Positions 1 to 11,224 of a DNA stretch of 64,000 nt are shown here, piece after piece (position 1 is the first letter of the stretch; every line of letters begins with the position of its first letter). Source of the DNA: Oopsacas minuta (lineage: Eukaryota; Animalia; Porifera). The notes below the pieces were generated by a model. It ran no database searches. It saw nothing but the letters and a program-made list of their open reading frames with translations, and was not told the DNA's origin. The position numbers and the translations under genes were made by a program. The stretch is taken from assembly GCA_024704765.1 (NCBI GenBank), contig JAKMXF010000111.1, positions 1,685,627 through 1,749,626 of the forward strand. The letters run 5' to 3'.

Positions 1-1
1 A

Positions 2-425
2 AATCAGCCACAAAATAGTAAAGTCAACTTTGTAGTCTACATACTTATCCCATGTTAGTTGACTTTTAGCTTAGGCATTGTAGTCATTTTGTACGTAGCG
101 AATGAAAATTATTAAAAATACATAGGAAAACAATTTGCATTGTAGAGTCAGATTTTATCTACATAAATGGGCGAAGTTAGGGGAGGGCTAATTATGAACA
201 GTTTGACCTCCAGAATCAAGTTCGAAGAAGAACACCAGTCAGGATGATTACTACGTCTGGTGCCACTTGTATCTAAGTGGAAGATACAGTATATCCTGAG
301 GGTGATAACTCATTATTATGCGTAAGAAGCCATATACTAGTTAACGCTAAACTGCAATAATACACAACTTAAGTCATAGATTGTAAATCGCCAACATTTC
401 CCAATTGACAACATCCCGCACAACA
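2..425 (+). repeat. Dispersed repeat, direct copy of 47816-48239
   Basis: Collinear match at constant offset 47814 from AATCAGCCACAAAATAGTAAAG to CATCCCGCACAACA, with scattered substitutions; the copy is truncated by the window start. Confidence 0.9.
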
Positions 426-662
426 AACACGCTGATATTTGTGGCTCCTATCACGTCTTGATCTATTTGGACCTCTCTAAGTGATCCAAGTCTCGCCTTT
501 TGTTCCTCAAGACGATATCCCGCTCTTCAGCTGTATTATTCCCACGTCTCAAGCGGTTCCGCTATGCTACATTGAGAAACATACGTGGAATATTCTCTTT
601 CGAGATATCAAATCAATAAATAATATACAGTCAAGGTACAAAAGTATTCGACCACACAAATA

Positions 663-2006
663 CAGGGTGTAACAAAAGTGTTGTCCCCTTCGATTGCCAG
701 AAGCATCTATGAGAAATAACTACACACTATCAACTTTCATTTGTTTATATAATCACCTCCCATTTCCAAAACAACTTTAACTCTGTTTGGCATGCTGACT
801 ACTAAATTTTCCAAAATATCGGGAGTAATGGCTTGCCATGCTAATTTCACGGTTTCAATTAACTGATTTCGATTTGTCATCTGACCCTTCTCATTAACTC
901 TCTCTTTCAATATAGCCCAAAGGTTTTCAATTGGGTTCAGGTCCGGTGAATTCCCTGGCCAGTCACCTTTCTCCCAAAACCCGTTTAGACTATCTCGGCA
1001 CCACTTCTGAGTCATTTTGGCCGTGTGGGCAGGAGCACCATCTTGCATAAAGATGAAATCGGACATGTTTCCCAACTTTGGCCGCTCTGACATAAGTCCC
1101 ATATTTTCTGTACGGTTGATGGCATCTCTACAAGTTTTGGCTAATATTTCATCCCTGTAATATAGCGAGTTTACAGTCTGTCCTTGTGGAATTATATGGA
1201 GCTCAGATAGTGCTTGATGCGACATAAGTCCCCAGACATGAATTTTTTGAGGAAATTTCACCGACAAAATGCGAAGAACATCTTTAGTTGTTTTAGCCCA
1301 AACACGATCATTATGCCGATTGGGTGTTGCATACAGTTCAAAGGGAGACTCATCAGACCAAAGAACTTTTTTCCAATCTTCCACGCCCCAATTTTGATGT
1401 TTCTTGGCAAAATTCAGTCTGTCCTGGATGTTTTTTGCCAATAAACGGGGGGTCTTTTGCCTCTTGAACGCTGATGCACCAATTGAATTGGTCAAATAGC
1501 GATAAACTGTCATGTGAGAGACAGGGTCGTTACTTGAATTCAATCTCTTTGCGATCTTGCGAGTTGATTGCCTTCTTTTAGTCAAAGTTTTGGAGATAAT
1601 GATTTTATTGACCCGATTAAAAATCGGCGGTCTGCCAGAACGGGTCTTGGTTTCCAGGCTCATTCCTTTTTTATACGCACTCCACCACCTCTTGACAGAT
1701 CTCACTGAAACGTCTAGTTCGAGAGTTACGTTTTGCTGTGAAAGACCACTCCTTAACATACCTACTGCTTGAGAACGAACCTCTAACCCGTGGTCGCGGA
1801 CATCCATTCCGAACAGAGGAAATGATTTACGAAATCCAAGTAAAAAGAAAGAGATAAAATTAGTATTAATCAAACTGCGATAGAAATAGTCAAAAACTAT
1901 TATGGTAATAGCTAGAAAGAGTAAGTCAGATGCAATAGTCAAGGTTCAGTTTTATATACCCAATCAATGACAAAAAAGAAAGAGGACAACACTTTTGCTA
2001 CACCAG
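663..2006 (-). mobile_element. Tc1/mariner-superfamily DD37E element, 1,344 bp, intact ORF
   Basis: TA duplicated at 661-662 and 2007-2008. TIRs CAGGGTGTAACAAAAGTGTTGTCC and CTGGTGTAGCAAAAGTGTTGTCC. Removing it restores CAAATATATTGTC, matching the opposite arm of the host fold-back. Confidence 0.95.
737..1807 (-). CDS. Tc1-like transposase, DD37E (356 aa from ATG at 1807)
   Basis: Two HTH-like regions, GRPP linker, WSDES, QDGAPAH and SPDLNPIE with 37 residues between the second D and E (counted). The track start at 1942 is a non-ATG extension; the first in-frame ATG is MDVRDH at 1807. Confidence 0.93.
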   Translation of the reverse strand: MDVRDHGLEVRSQAVGMLRSGLSQQNVTLELDVSVRSVKRWWSAYKKGMSLETKTRSGRPPIFNRVNKIIISKTLTKRRQSTRKIAKRLNSSNDPVSHMTVYRYLTNSIGASAFKRQKTPRLLAKNIQDRLNFAKKHQNWGVEDWKKVLWSDESPFELYATPNRHNDRVWAKTTKDVLRILSVKFPQKIHVWGLMSHQALSELHIIPQGQTVNSLYYRDEILAKTCRDAINRTENMGLMSERPKLGNMSDFIFMQDGAPAHTAKMTQKWCRDSLNGFWEKGDWPGNSPDLNPIENLWAILKERVNEKGQMTNRNQLIETVKLAWQAITPDILENLVVSMPNRVKVVLEMGGDYINK

Positions 2007-2459
2007 TATATTGTCATAAATTGTATACTCTTTCCCGCTCCTATATATTGTGTAGTCTATATTCGTAGCTGCAATCTAGTAATTTGCATAGAATAACATA
2101 TGTTTTTCAAGAATTTCAAAAAAATATTCTCGATTTACACTTTTTGAATGTGTTAATTATTAATAAACATTAGATAATTATTGATAATCAAAATATGTGA
2201 TAATTCGAAACCTATTAAGAATCTATAATTTATGACTTGATATTTGAATTCTACGTAGGTTAGTTACCCCAGAATAAAATTTTCAATGGGATTGTACAAT
2301 TTTTGCCAAAGTTATAGAAGAAATTCAATTTGTGCCATTTGTGCCACCTTTTGCCCAAGGTGGCACAGATAGCAGGAAAAATCGCCAGTACAAGGAAATC
2401 AACTAGGGTTAGGAGGAATAAGTCAAAGTAATATCATCGAATGATATGACTATGTTAAC

Positions 2460-5400
2460 TAGGCCGGATCGAGAAAAGTATAAATCGTCGCTTCAACTTC
2501 TACCTAAGGGAAAAGTTGCCTTTACCATTTTCTAGGAAAATGCGAGACTTAAATTTGAAAAATATTTCGATTTGACCCTTGCGGTTTTATATTTTTGCTG
2601 TGTCACTTTCGCAAAATTGATTTTATATTGTCCGAATTTTCAAATTCCTTTGACTTAGCCCCTTTATATATATTATTTGGTAATAGTAAGTCGCATATTT
2701 GCTATTGAATGGTGCATTAATCGAATTTCTATGCTAAGGATACTCAAGTTATCAAGATTTTTTTGCATATTCTATCATACCCTAATATTATTACCCACCC
2801 CCATTTTTTTCCAATTATTTGAAAATTCTATTTTCTTAGTAAAATTTGTTATATAATCACCAAACTTAATATATTTCTTTATCTAGATCCAAATTCATCA
2901 ATAGGTTATCACAAAGAAATTTTACTAACATTCCTTATCTCTTGTTCTTAACTTAGTTACCATTTATCTAGCATGGAATTTATGGTCAATTATAGTATCT
3001 ATATCAATGCTCGATCAAATCATTCATATTATTGAGTGATTATATTCCTAAAATTTATTTATTTTTGAAATGGCAGAAAACACGTGTAGTAAAGTATTTC
3101 ATCCTATTTTTGGCTATCCAAGACCCATTCCAGAAAATCAACTTCCAACAAAACTAGATATATATAATCATTATAGAATGCTTAGAAATGAAGATTCTAA
3201 ATCAACTAGAGATGATATAGCGAAAGAACTAACTGAAGTATTAGTGCGTATCTATAATTTGGCTTCCATACCCACTATATCAGAGCTCAAAATAAAACAG
3301 TACATCAATTCTGATATTATTGAGAAAGCTAAATACTACGGAAAAAGTATCCAAAACAAGCAACAACCTGACCGTATACAGCCTATTATTTCTGAATTCA
3401 ATGTCTTGTTCGATGTCTCAAGTTGCAAATGCCTAATTCAGGAAGGTAAATGTTTTTGCTCTCTCGATAAAAAGATACCACGCATTTCTCTTTGATCAGC
3501 GAAACGCTCGAAAATTATTTATATCCAGCTTGGATTGCATGACAACCTCAAAAATATTGTTAAACAAAAAAGAAAAGAGGCACAATATGAAAGAGAAGAA
3601 AGGGAAATGAAGAGATTACATGCAGTTCAACCTTCGCAAGAATTTATAGAATGTGACTTTGAAGAGTTTGAATCTTTTGACTCAAGTACATCTAATACTC
3701 ACAAGTATACACGTAATCATAATCAATTACGAAATTTAGCCATAATGTGTGATAGATATCAAATTAGCGATCGGGCAGGCGCAGCTATAGCTAACGCAGT
3801 ACTGCAAGATTACGGTATTATCACACAGGAAGAAGATAGTCAAATTATTGATAGAAACAAACTCCGCGTAGATCTAGATTCTCTGTGAGAAAGGAATTGG
3901 CTAATGAGGCTCACGAAACTATCAATGGTATATCTGCAATATATTTTGATGGCCGTAAAGATCAAACTCGAGTACTGGTAGAAAGGGAAGATGGACATTT
4001 GCATCAGGATACTGCAAATGAAGAATATTATACTGTTTTATCTGAACCGGGGAATCAGTATGTTGCCCATGTAACACCAAGTTCTGGTAAAGCCAAAGGT
4101 ATAGCAAGGGAATTGACTGATCTTTGCAGGGAGCGTAATTCAAATTTAATGGCGGTTGGAGCTGATGGAGCTCGTGTTAACACTGGAATCTACAATGGGT
4201 GTATTAGATTACTTGAACTAGAGTTCACAAAACCACTCCACTGGTTTATTTGCCAATTACATGGTAATGAACTTCCATTGAGGCATCTCTTTCAAATAAT
4301 AGATGGAAAAACCAGTGGACCCAATTCTTTTAAAGGAGTAATTGGTAAAGAACTTAATTGTGATTTTACTTGCAAACCAATTGCAGCGTATCATCCTTTA
4401 TGCGATAAAACTCAACTTATTGATTCCGATATTCTCAAGAATTTAAATAAAGATCAGAAATATCTATATAATATCTGTCATGCAGTTCAGACTGGTATTT
4501 GCTCATCTGAACTGGCATCGATGCAACCTGGTCCTATACATCATGCTAGATGGACAACACTGGCCAACAGATTACTTAGGTCATACATTTCTACGATACA
4601 TCCCACACCTGAATTAACCCGACTTGTCAATTTTATTGTCAATTATTATGCACCAGTTTGGTTTAGAATCAAGAGTAACCCGATTTGCACAGATGGACCT
4701 AAAAATATTTTTTTGTGATATCTTTGCTGGGAGATCTATCGGAGTCTGACCAGGAGTAATTTGCGATGTGATACAGAGAAACTCATATTTTTGTCATCCA
4801 GAAAATCTACTGTTATCGATGCTTGCAGATAATGATGAGCAAATTAGACAAAAGGCAGTGAAGACTATTTTAGATATCCGAATTAACAGTTCATCATTTA
4901 GACCGATTGAAATTCGCCCATTTAATCTTCCTTCAATAAGGTTCACTGCCGAAACATATGTGGATATGATTGATTGGGAAACCTCTTTTATCACAGAACC
5001 GCCTTTTACAAGATACCTCTCAAAAGAAGTACTAATTAATTGTGTACGTGCTCCACTAGAAATTCCAGCATATCCATGCCATACACAAGCTGTTGAAAGA
5101 ACTATTAAATTAGTTACTAAAAGTTCGTGTTCAGTAACAGGAGAAGATGCGAGACATGGATTAATTCTTTCAACCCTAACATCAAGAGAAAAAATGCCCG
5201 CATTTGAGTCAAAGAAAGATTATGCATGTTAAATATACTTGATATAACATAATTGAATCATATACCACGATAGATAAAAAAGCTAATAATTTTCAAATAA
5301 TCGGAAAAAAATGGGGGTGAGTAATAATATTAGGGTATGATAGAATATGCAAAAAAAATCTTGATAACTTGAGTATCTTTGGACATAGAAATTCGATTAA

Positions 5401-5657
5401 TACACCATTCAATAGCAAATATGCCACTTACTATTACCAAATAATATATATAAAGGGGCTAAGTCAAAGGAATTTGAAAATTCGGACAATATAAAATCAA
5501 TTTTGTGAAAGTGACACAGCAAAAATATAAAACCGCAAGGGTCAAATCGAAATATTTTTCAAATTTAAGTCTCGCATTTTCCTAGAAAATGGTAAAGGCA
5601 ACTTTTCCCTTAGGTAGAAGTTGAACCGACGATTTATACTTTTCTCGATCCGGCCTA
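2460..5657 (+). mobile_element. Divergent hAT-like DNA transposon, copy 1 (3,198 bp, ~370-bp TIRs, 8-bp TSD)
   Basis: Ends TAGGCCGGATCGAGAAAAG ... CTTTTCTCGATCCGGCCTA; perfect TSD ATGTTAAC at 2452-2459 and 5658-5665; TIRs ~2460-2827 and ~5288-5657. The hAT-like label rests on the 8-bp TSD, TAGG ends and DDE/CxxH motifs; the exact clade is uncertain. Confidence 0.85.
3070..5232 (+). pseudogene. Frameshifted DDE transposase of the hAT-like element (copy 1)
   Basis: Four consecutive ORF pieces carry CKC...CFC, YFDGRKD, GADGARVNTG, CQLHGNELPLRHL and PCHTQAVER. Reading-frame breaks lie near 3483, 3565, 3867 and 4715-4755. Confidence 0.88.
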
Positions 5658-6829
5658 ATGTTAACCCTTTAATTACAAAATATCATCTTGGTACCGGCCA
5701 CTTGTGCCACCTTAGGCAAAGGTGGCACAAATGGCAAAATTGAATTCTTCTAATACTTTGGCAAAAATGGTTCAATCCCATTGAAAGTTTTATGGTGGGG
5801 TAACTCGCCTACGTAGAATTCAAATATCACGTCAGAAATTCTAGATTCCTATAGGTTTTGAATTACCACATATTTCGATTATCAACAATTATCTTATGAT
5901 ATTAGTAATTAACACCTTCAAAAACCGTGAATCGTAAGTATTTTTTTGAAATTCCTGAAATCATATATTCTTCTATCCAAATTCCTAGATTGCAGCTGTG
6001 AATATTGACCACACAATATATAGAAGCAGAAAGAGTATACAATTTATGACAATATATTTATGTGGTCGAATACTTTTGTCCCTTGGCTGTATATCAAAAT
6101 ATTCCAAAACAAAGTAGTTTTTAATAACTAACTACCAAATTTTATCAATATTTATATGTGACATCATACATTTTTAGCCGAGAGATAAATTTAGAACCAT
6201 GTTCCCATTAATTCATTAATATGTATTATTCTAATTTTAGACTAATTCCAAGGGATATATCTGTAACCAAGGGGAATTAGCAGAGGATAATCAATGAGTA
6301 TTTTACTAATATTTAAATTATAAACAAATTCCAAGAGATATATCTGCAACCAAGGGGTTAATAAAACAAAACAACAAATATTTACAATACGAAATTGAAG
6401 AGATCATATTTAGAATCAGCTTACTGGACGTATTACAACAAAAATATTCACTAAACAACGTGTGATAAATCATGTAGATGTAGATTCGAAAATGTCAAAT
6501 TTTGAATCCACATACTCGATTACCCCTGACGAGCAGTTGAAACGAAATATCTATCATGATTTGATAATATGCAAAAGATGTGGAAATATTATTAATCCTA
6601 GAAAAATCATGTAGATATGGATTTTAAAATGTGAAATTTGAACTCTAAATACTCGATTACCCCTGACTAAAATTCGAAAAGAAATCTTGAGCATCGTTTT
6701 GAAATTTCACCAAAGGTGTGAAAATAAAATCCATTATAAGATAAATCTGCGGATTAGTTACTTTCAGACTCTTAAAATCTCAAAATCGTCCCCTACTCTA
6801 GCATGTTTTTGAGTTTTCGATAGAAAGGT

Positions 6830-7012
6830 GTGAAATATTCACTTTAGAGAAAATTCATACCCGAGGTGCAAATATCCGACCCAAATGTATAGTATACCAA
6901 ATTTCATGTAATTCTGACTGTTAGATTTCGCATGGCGGCGCAGACGGACGGACGAACATCGCACATTGTCCATGCCATAGGGCATCTCCCTATAGAAGCT
7001 GCACTAAAAAGT
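6830..7012 (+). repeat. Helentron/DINE-1-like non-autonomous repeat end (related copy at ~50335-50510)
   Basis: CAGACGGACGGAC microsatellite, then the ATAGGG-catct-CCCTAT hairpin and CACTAAAAA; a similar block follows the same upstream sequence at 50335-50510. The family label is by analogy only. Confidence 0.5.
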
Positions 7013-8749
7013 ACGTACTAACAGTAACAGAGGTGTACCTAGTTTTTCTGTATCTTATTCTTCCAATGGTTACATCTAACCTCTCTGTATGGCATAAGAA
7101 TGATAATTACTTAATTAAAAGGCCTATCTTATCCTCCTTAGTCCTTACCTATATTAACGAAATAGTATAAACTTAATCTATCTTCTCTACCAATTAATAG
7201 ATTTCTCTCAAATCTCGCCCAATGAAGAATTCCTCAAGAAGCGTCTTCTCGAATCTGAAATTGCCTTTTCGTGTCTTCAACAATTTCTGAACATAAGCGT
7301 TTCGATCTTAGCTTTATATTAAACGACAAATGAGTATAGGTTATAGCATCGGATCTATTAGATTCCCTTCAGAGAGTGTTGATGATACAAGGAATGGGTT
7401 CGTAATTGGAACTGGCTGGAGAACTCCCAAAGAAATTCCGTATTATTCTACCGCTATAGAACCTTCGAACTCCAATGGCAAGTGGATGAAGGATGGATTC
7501 TAGACCTGAATATATGCAACCGAGGATTAGAAGGTTGAGGACAGACTTGAGGTTCATGAGTTGCCATTTTCTAAATAGAATTTTCTTTTAAGAGGGCACG
7601 AATGGTTCCGAATTCCAGGTCTATTTCAATAATCATATATCGCCCATTTCGTTCCAGGACATTCTCCACATAATGCATTTATATTATGGTACAAGAGTAC
7701 AAGAATATGTGCTCAGCTGGATAGGCTGAAACAAAAATCCTTTAGAATTTTGATGTTAATGTAGTAAGTGTTTATTGTATTATGACAAGTATAAACTGCA
7801 CATAATGTTAACAATTTAACACTATTATGCATAATATGGTATTTATATATTGTTGATGACATTTGGTGGATGGGGGGTGACCTATAAATTCACAATTTAG
7901 TATATACTGTAATATATAGAATATATTTAAATTTGAATATCTTAGTGCATCCATGGTACAATATTTTAGTGACTGCCATCACCTTAGTGTATAGATTACA
8001 GGCCTTCATCTGGGCGCGACCCGCGCCCAGGGGTGCGTAACTTTTGGCAAATATCTATGATGGTGCGTGAAATTTAATCTATGGACACTGTGCAGCAGGG
8101 GCGGATCCAGAATATGTTGGTGGGAGGATATAATAATCGTGCTGGAAGCAAAAAGTCTTAACCTCATATAAATAGTAAGTTGGTAGTTTTGGAAGAATAC
8201 ACAAATAACAGTTTAACACAATCTAATTTATTCATAATTCAAAAATATAAGTACTAATTTATTGATAAAGGAATTACGCGTAAATATTTCGTTATACATT
8301 GGGGGAGTCAATTTACCATAAGTTGTCAATTAATGCAGGTGCGACATTTTAATACACGAAATATGCGAGTAATTTCTCATAGCAAAGTGAGAGAAATGAA
8401 TTGATTTTGAACAATTGGTCAGGATACAAGAAATATATCTCCAGGATGATTGAAGTATCAAGTCTGGTGGGGGGATATATCCCCCTATCCCCCCTGCTGT
8501 GCGGGTACCTACTCTAGGCGAAGCCCTGGTATAGAATGCTATGGCTATGCAGTATACCTGAATAATCTTGGAATCTATGCTCACGAAAACTTGTTCATAA
8601 TAAAGAGACTCAATTTTAGTAACCCAATACTTAGAGAATTCTAATAGTCTTAGATAATTGAAAAATAATTAATTATTAAACTTATAATTAGTAATAGGAT
8701 CAAATATTCATTCATTATAAATTGGAGAAATATTTTGAGATAATAACGA

Positions 8750-9376
8750 ATGTGCGCTAATCGAAATGTAGATAAAGGATATGATAAAACCTTAAAATTG
8801 ATCGTGATTGGTCACACAAGTGTGGGTAAGACGAGTGTGATTTCTAGCTTTTCAGACAACTCATTCAAAATCGATGTGCTACATACTGTTGGTGTAGATT
8901 ATCAGAGCAAAGTAGTGAAGTGGAAAAATGAAAGCATAAAACTCCAAATTTGGGATACTGCAGGTCAAGAAAGATTCAGAACATTGACTCAAGGATTTTA
9001 CCGTGGAGCAGCAGGGATATTAGTCATATTTGATATTACAGAAACTAGAAGTTTCGACCAAATTCCATTTTGGGTAGAATCAATACATGAGAACTGTCCA
9101 CAACCGCCTGTGGTATTTATCATAGGCAACAAAATTGATTTAACACATATCAGAGCTGTAGCGTTTGATACTGCTGAGAAAACAGCTCAACAATATGGCC
9201 TCAAATACATGGAATGTAGTGCAAAAATGAAAACCAACATTAATGAAATATTTCGTCTATTGGTAGAGACAATAATGGATAAGAAGGAAACATTATATAA
9301 CCTTGATGAACCTGAAATTTGTGTCAAGCTAAACAATGAGAAGGGTACAGATGGAATAAAAAAATGCTGTCTATAG
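8750..9376 (+). CDS. Rab-family small GTPase (Rab8/Rab10/Rab13-like), single exon, 208 aa
   Basis: G1 GHTSVGKT, switch I TVGVDY, KLQIWDTAGQERFRTLT, YRGA, G4 GNKID, G5 CSAK, C-terminal KKCCL prenylation motif; uninterrupted ORF. Confidence 0.93.
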   Translation: MCANRNVDKGYDKTLKLIVIGHTSVGKTSVISSFSDNSFKIDVLHTVGVDYQSKVVKWKNESIKLQIWDTAGQERFRTLTQGFYRGAAGILVIFDITETRSFDQIPFWVESIHENCPQPPVVFIIGNKIDLTHIRAVAFDTAEKTAQQYGLKYMECSAKMKTNINEIFRLLVETIMDKKETLYNLDEPEICVKLNNEKGTDGIKKCCL

Positions 9377-10263
9377 TTATTTCGGATGAATATTCGTAAT
9401 CCAGCTGATATATATTGTCCAACTTTTATCTTTTTTGTAATTTTACTAGCTTTATAAATCTGTTTTAGTCCAGCTCCTAATAGGGAGGTGCCTTAATGGG
9501 ATGGACAATATGCGACGTCCGCACATCAATCTATGCGATTTTTCGAGGTTAGAAGTCGGGTTAATTCACAAGTGCGAAAATTGGATTCAACATATTCGAT
9601 ATATTTGGTCAAGTTTTATTGAATTCAGTTTACTTTCTTGGTAATCACGAAATATATATAGTTATGGGAATATCACAATTGGGAAATTCGAATTCAATAC
9701 AACATTCCATAATTCCTTTCCTTGACAGCGGACAAACAGACTCACAAACAAACAAATAAACAGACTCACAAACAAATAAACAGACTCACAAACAAACAAA
9801 TAGACAGACAAAAATTGAAATTGAATAATATAAATTTATCTTGGATTAATGGATGAAAATTAATATTTGTATCAACATATTTTCATTTTTTGGACTTATT
9901 TTAAATAATGTGAAGTTTGTTGGAAACTATACACAGTATAAAATTGTGGAGAGTGTGACGAGGTGTCTTTTACAAAGACTGTGGTGAGCGAGAAATTATT
10001 GTATATCCATTATAGTGGTGAAAATGATTATCTCATGATATTGTCGTATCTATTTATGTGACTATTGCTTACCTTTGAAATTATCGAATCTGATTGGCTC
10101 GAGTGTAAATGGATTAGTTAATAGTGTCTGGGCCGCCCAGGTCGACTACTTTGATCATTATAAACTCAAAAACAAAAGTTTGTTCCTGAAGCTCTAAAAA
10201 GATAAATGTAGTCCATAGGGTAATCCTCACGAAAAACGCCCTTTTGACACATTGGACCTATAT

Positions 10264-11219
10264 CAGGCTTGTCCAACCTACGGCCCGCGAGAAGATTCAA
10301 TCCGGCCCGCCAACATGCTTGGGAACTGTTACCAGTTGGTGGCGATATTTAATTGAGTGAACTCAATTAAGAGAAATCCAATATTGTGAAACCAAATTGA
10401 ATGAAACCATTTTCAGAAAAGTGTAATTTTAATAACTTAAAAATCATTAAATACTTTTTAATTTAGTTTTGATCGAGTAATTATGTCACATAACTGGGTT
10501 TCTCTCAACTTGATATAAATTCCAAATAATAAACCATCTTAAACAATATTAAAATAACTACAAAACAAATATGTCAACTCCCGTGATTAAAGCAAAGAAA
10601 AGGAAAATTGATAGTGAATGTCGAGTTTTCAAATCCTCATAGACATTAGATTTTTTCCTCGCAGTACACAACGGATGCTTATTGTGCTTGATATGTCAGG
10701 AGAAGATAGCTGTATTCAAAGAGTCTAATATCAAACGACATTACTCTACTAAACATGCAGATACATTTGACACGCTTACAGGTCAGGTGAGAATCGATCG
10801 GGTGAACCTGTTGAAGGATAGATTAACAGTCAACAATCTTTCTTCAAAGCCGTTAAATTAAGAGCTTTCTGATAACAGAAGCGATAGCCAAGAGTGGAAA
10901 ACCGTTGTCTGAAGGGGAATTTGTAACTGACTGCTTAGACATATTTGCATCTGTGGCATGCCCAGATAAGAAGTCGATAGTAGAGAGCATCAGTCTGTCA
11001 AAACAAAGTCAGATATCCCATTAGATATGTTCTTTATCATTAAAGTTTACTATAATTTAATAAAACATGTAGTGGTTTTTCAATTTTGAAATAATCCGTA
11101 TTAACGCCATCCCCAAATAAATAACATCATGCTACCTTGATATATCCAATGTCGTGCGGCCCTAAGTAGTTAAAGAAGCCCTTATTTGGCCCGAGAACAA
11201 AAATGGTTGGACAAGCCTG
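10264..11219 (+). mobile_element. Internally deleted hAT (Buster/SPIN, GTF2IRD2-like) element, 956 bp
   Basis: TIRs CAGGCTTGTCCAACC and GGTTGGACAAGCCTG. A decayed N-terminus from ATG 10571 reads KKRKIDSECRVF...CLICQEKIAVFKESNIKRHYSTKH. Degenerate nnnTAnnn TSD ACCTATAT / GCCTA-AAT. Confidence 0.85.
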
Positions 11220-11224
11220 GCCTA

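Larger units (their letters stand above)
628..6089. mobile_element. Non-autonomous fold-back element with Tc1/mariner-type tips (~910 bp once the two nested inserts are removed; ~390-bp arms)
   Basis: Tips CAGTCAAGGTACAAAAGTATTCGACCAC (628) and the reverse complement of CAGCCAAGGGACAAAAGTATTCGACCAC (ends 6089), both flanked by TA. Left arm 628-662 plus 2009-2367 pairs with right arm 5703-6089. A related end lies near 53700-53945. Confidence 0.85.

Noticed and set aside
1214-1772. Plus-strand ORFs overlapping the Tc1 gene (likewise 3922-4143, 4794-4994, 11302-11967, 22703-22954, 23332-23652 and their mirrors)
   Set aside because: These are antisense shadows of transposase coding sequence with no recognisable motifs.
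1808-1942. 45-aa hydrophobic N-terminal extension on the Tc1 ORF in the track
   Set aside because: It begins at a non-ATG codon in AT-rich 5' sequence; the transposase-like sequence starts at ATG 1807.
3483-4768. Shared frameshifts read as introns or programmed frameshift sites
   Set aside because: The breaks look like 1-2 nt indels with no room for GT-AG introns and no consistent slippery heptamer; decay is the simpler explanation.
7040-7760. Minus-strand coding-looking stretch (MHYVENVLERNGRYMIIEIDLEF..., MATHEPQVCPQP...)
   Set aside because: The frames are short and stop-interrupted; a faint resemblance to non-LTR endonuclease was too weak to call.
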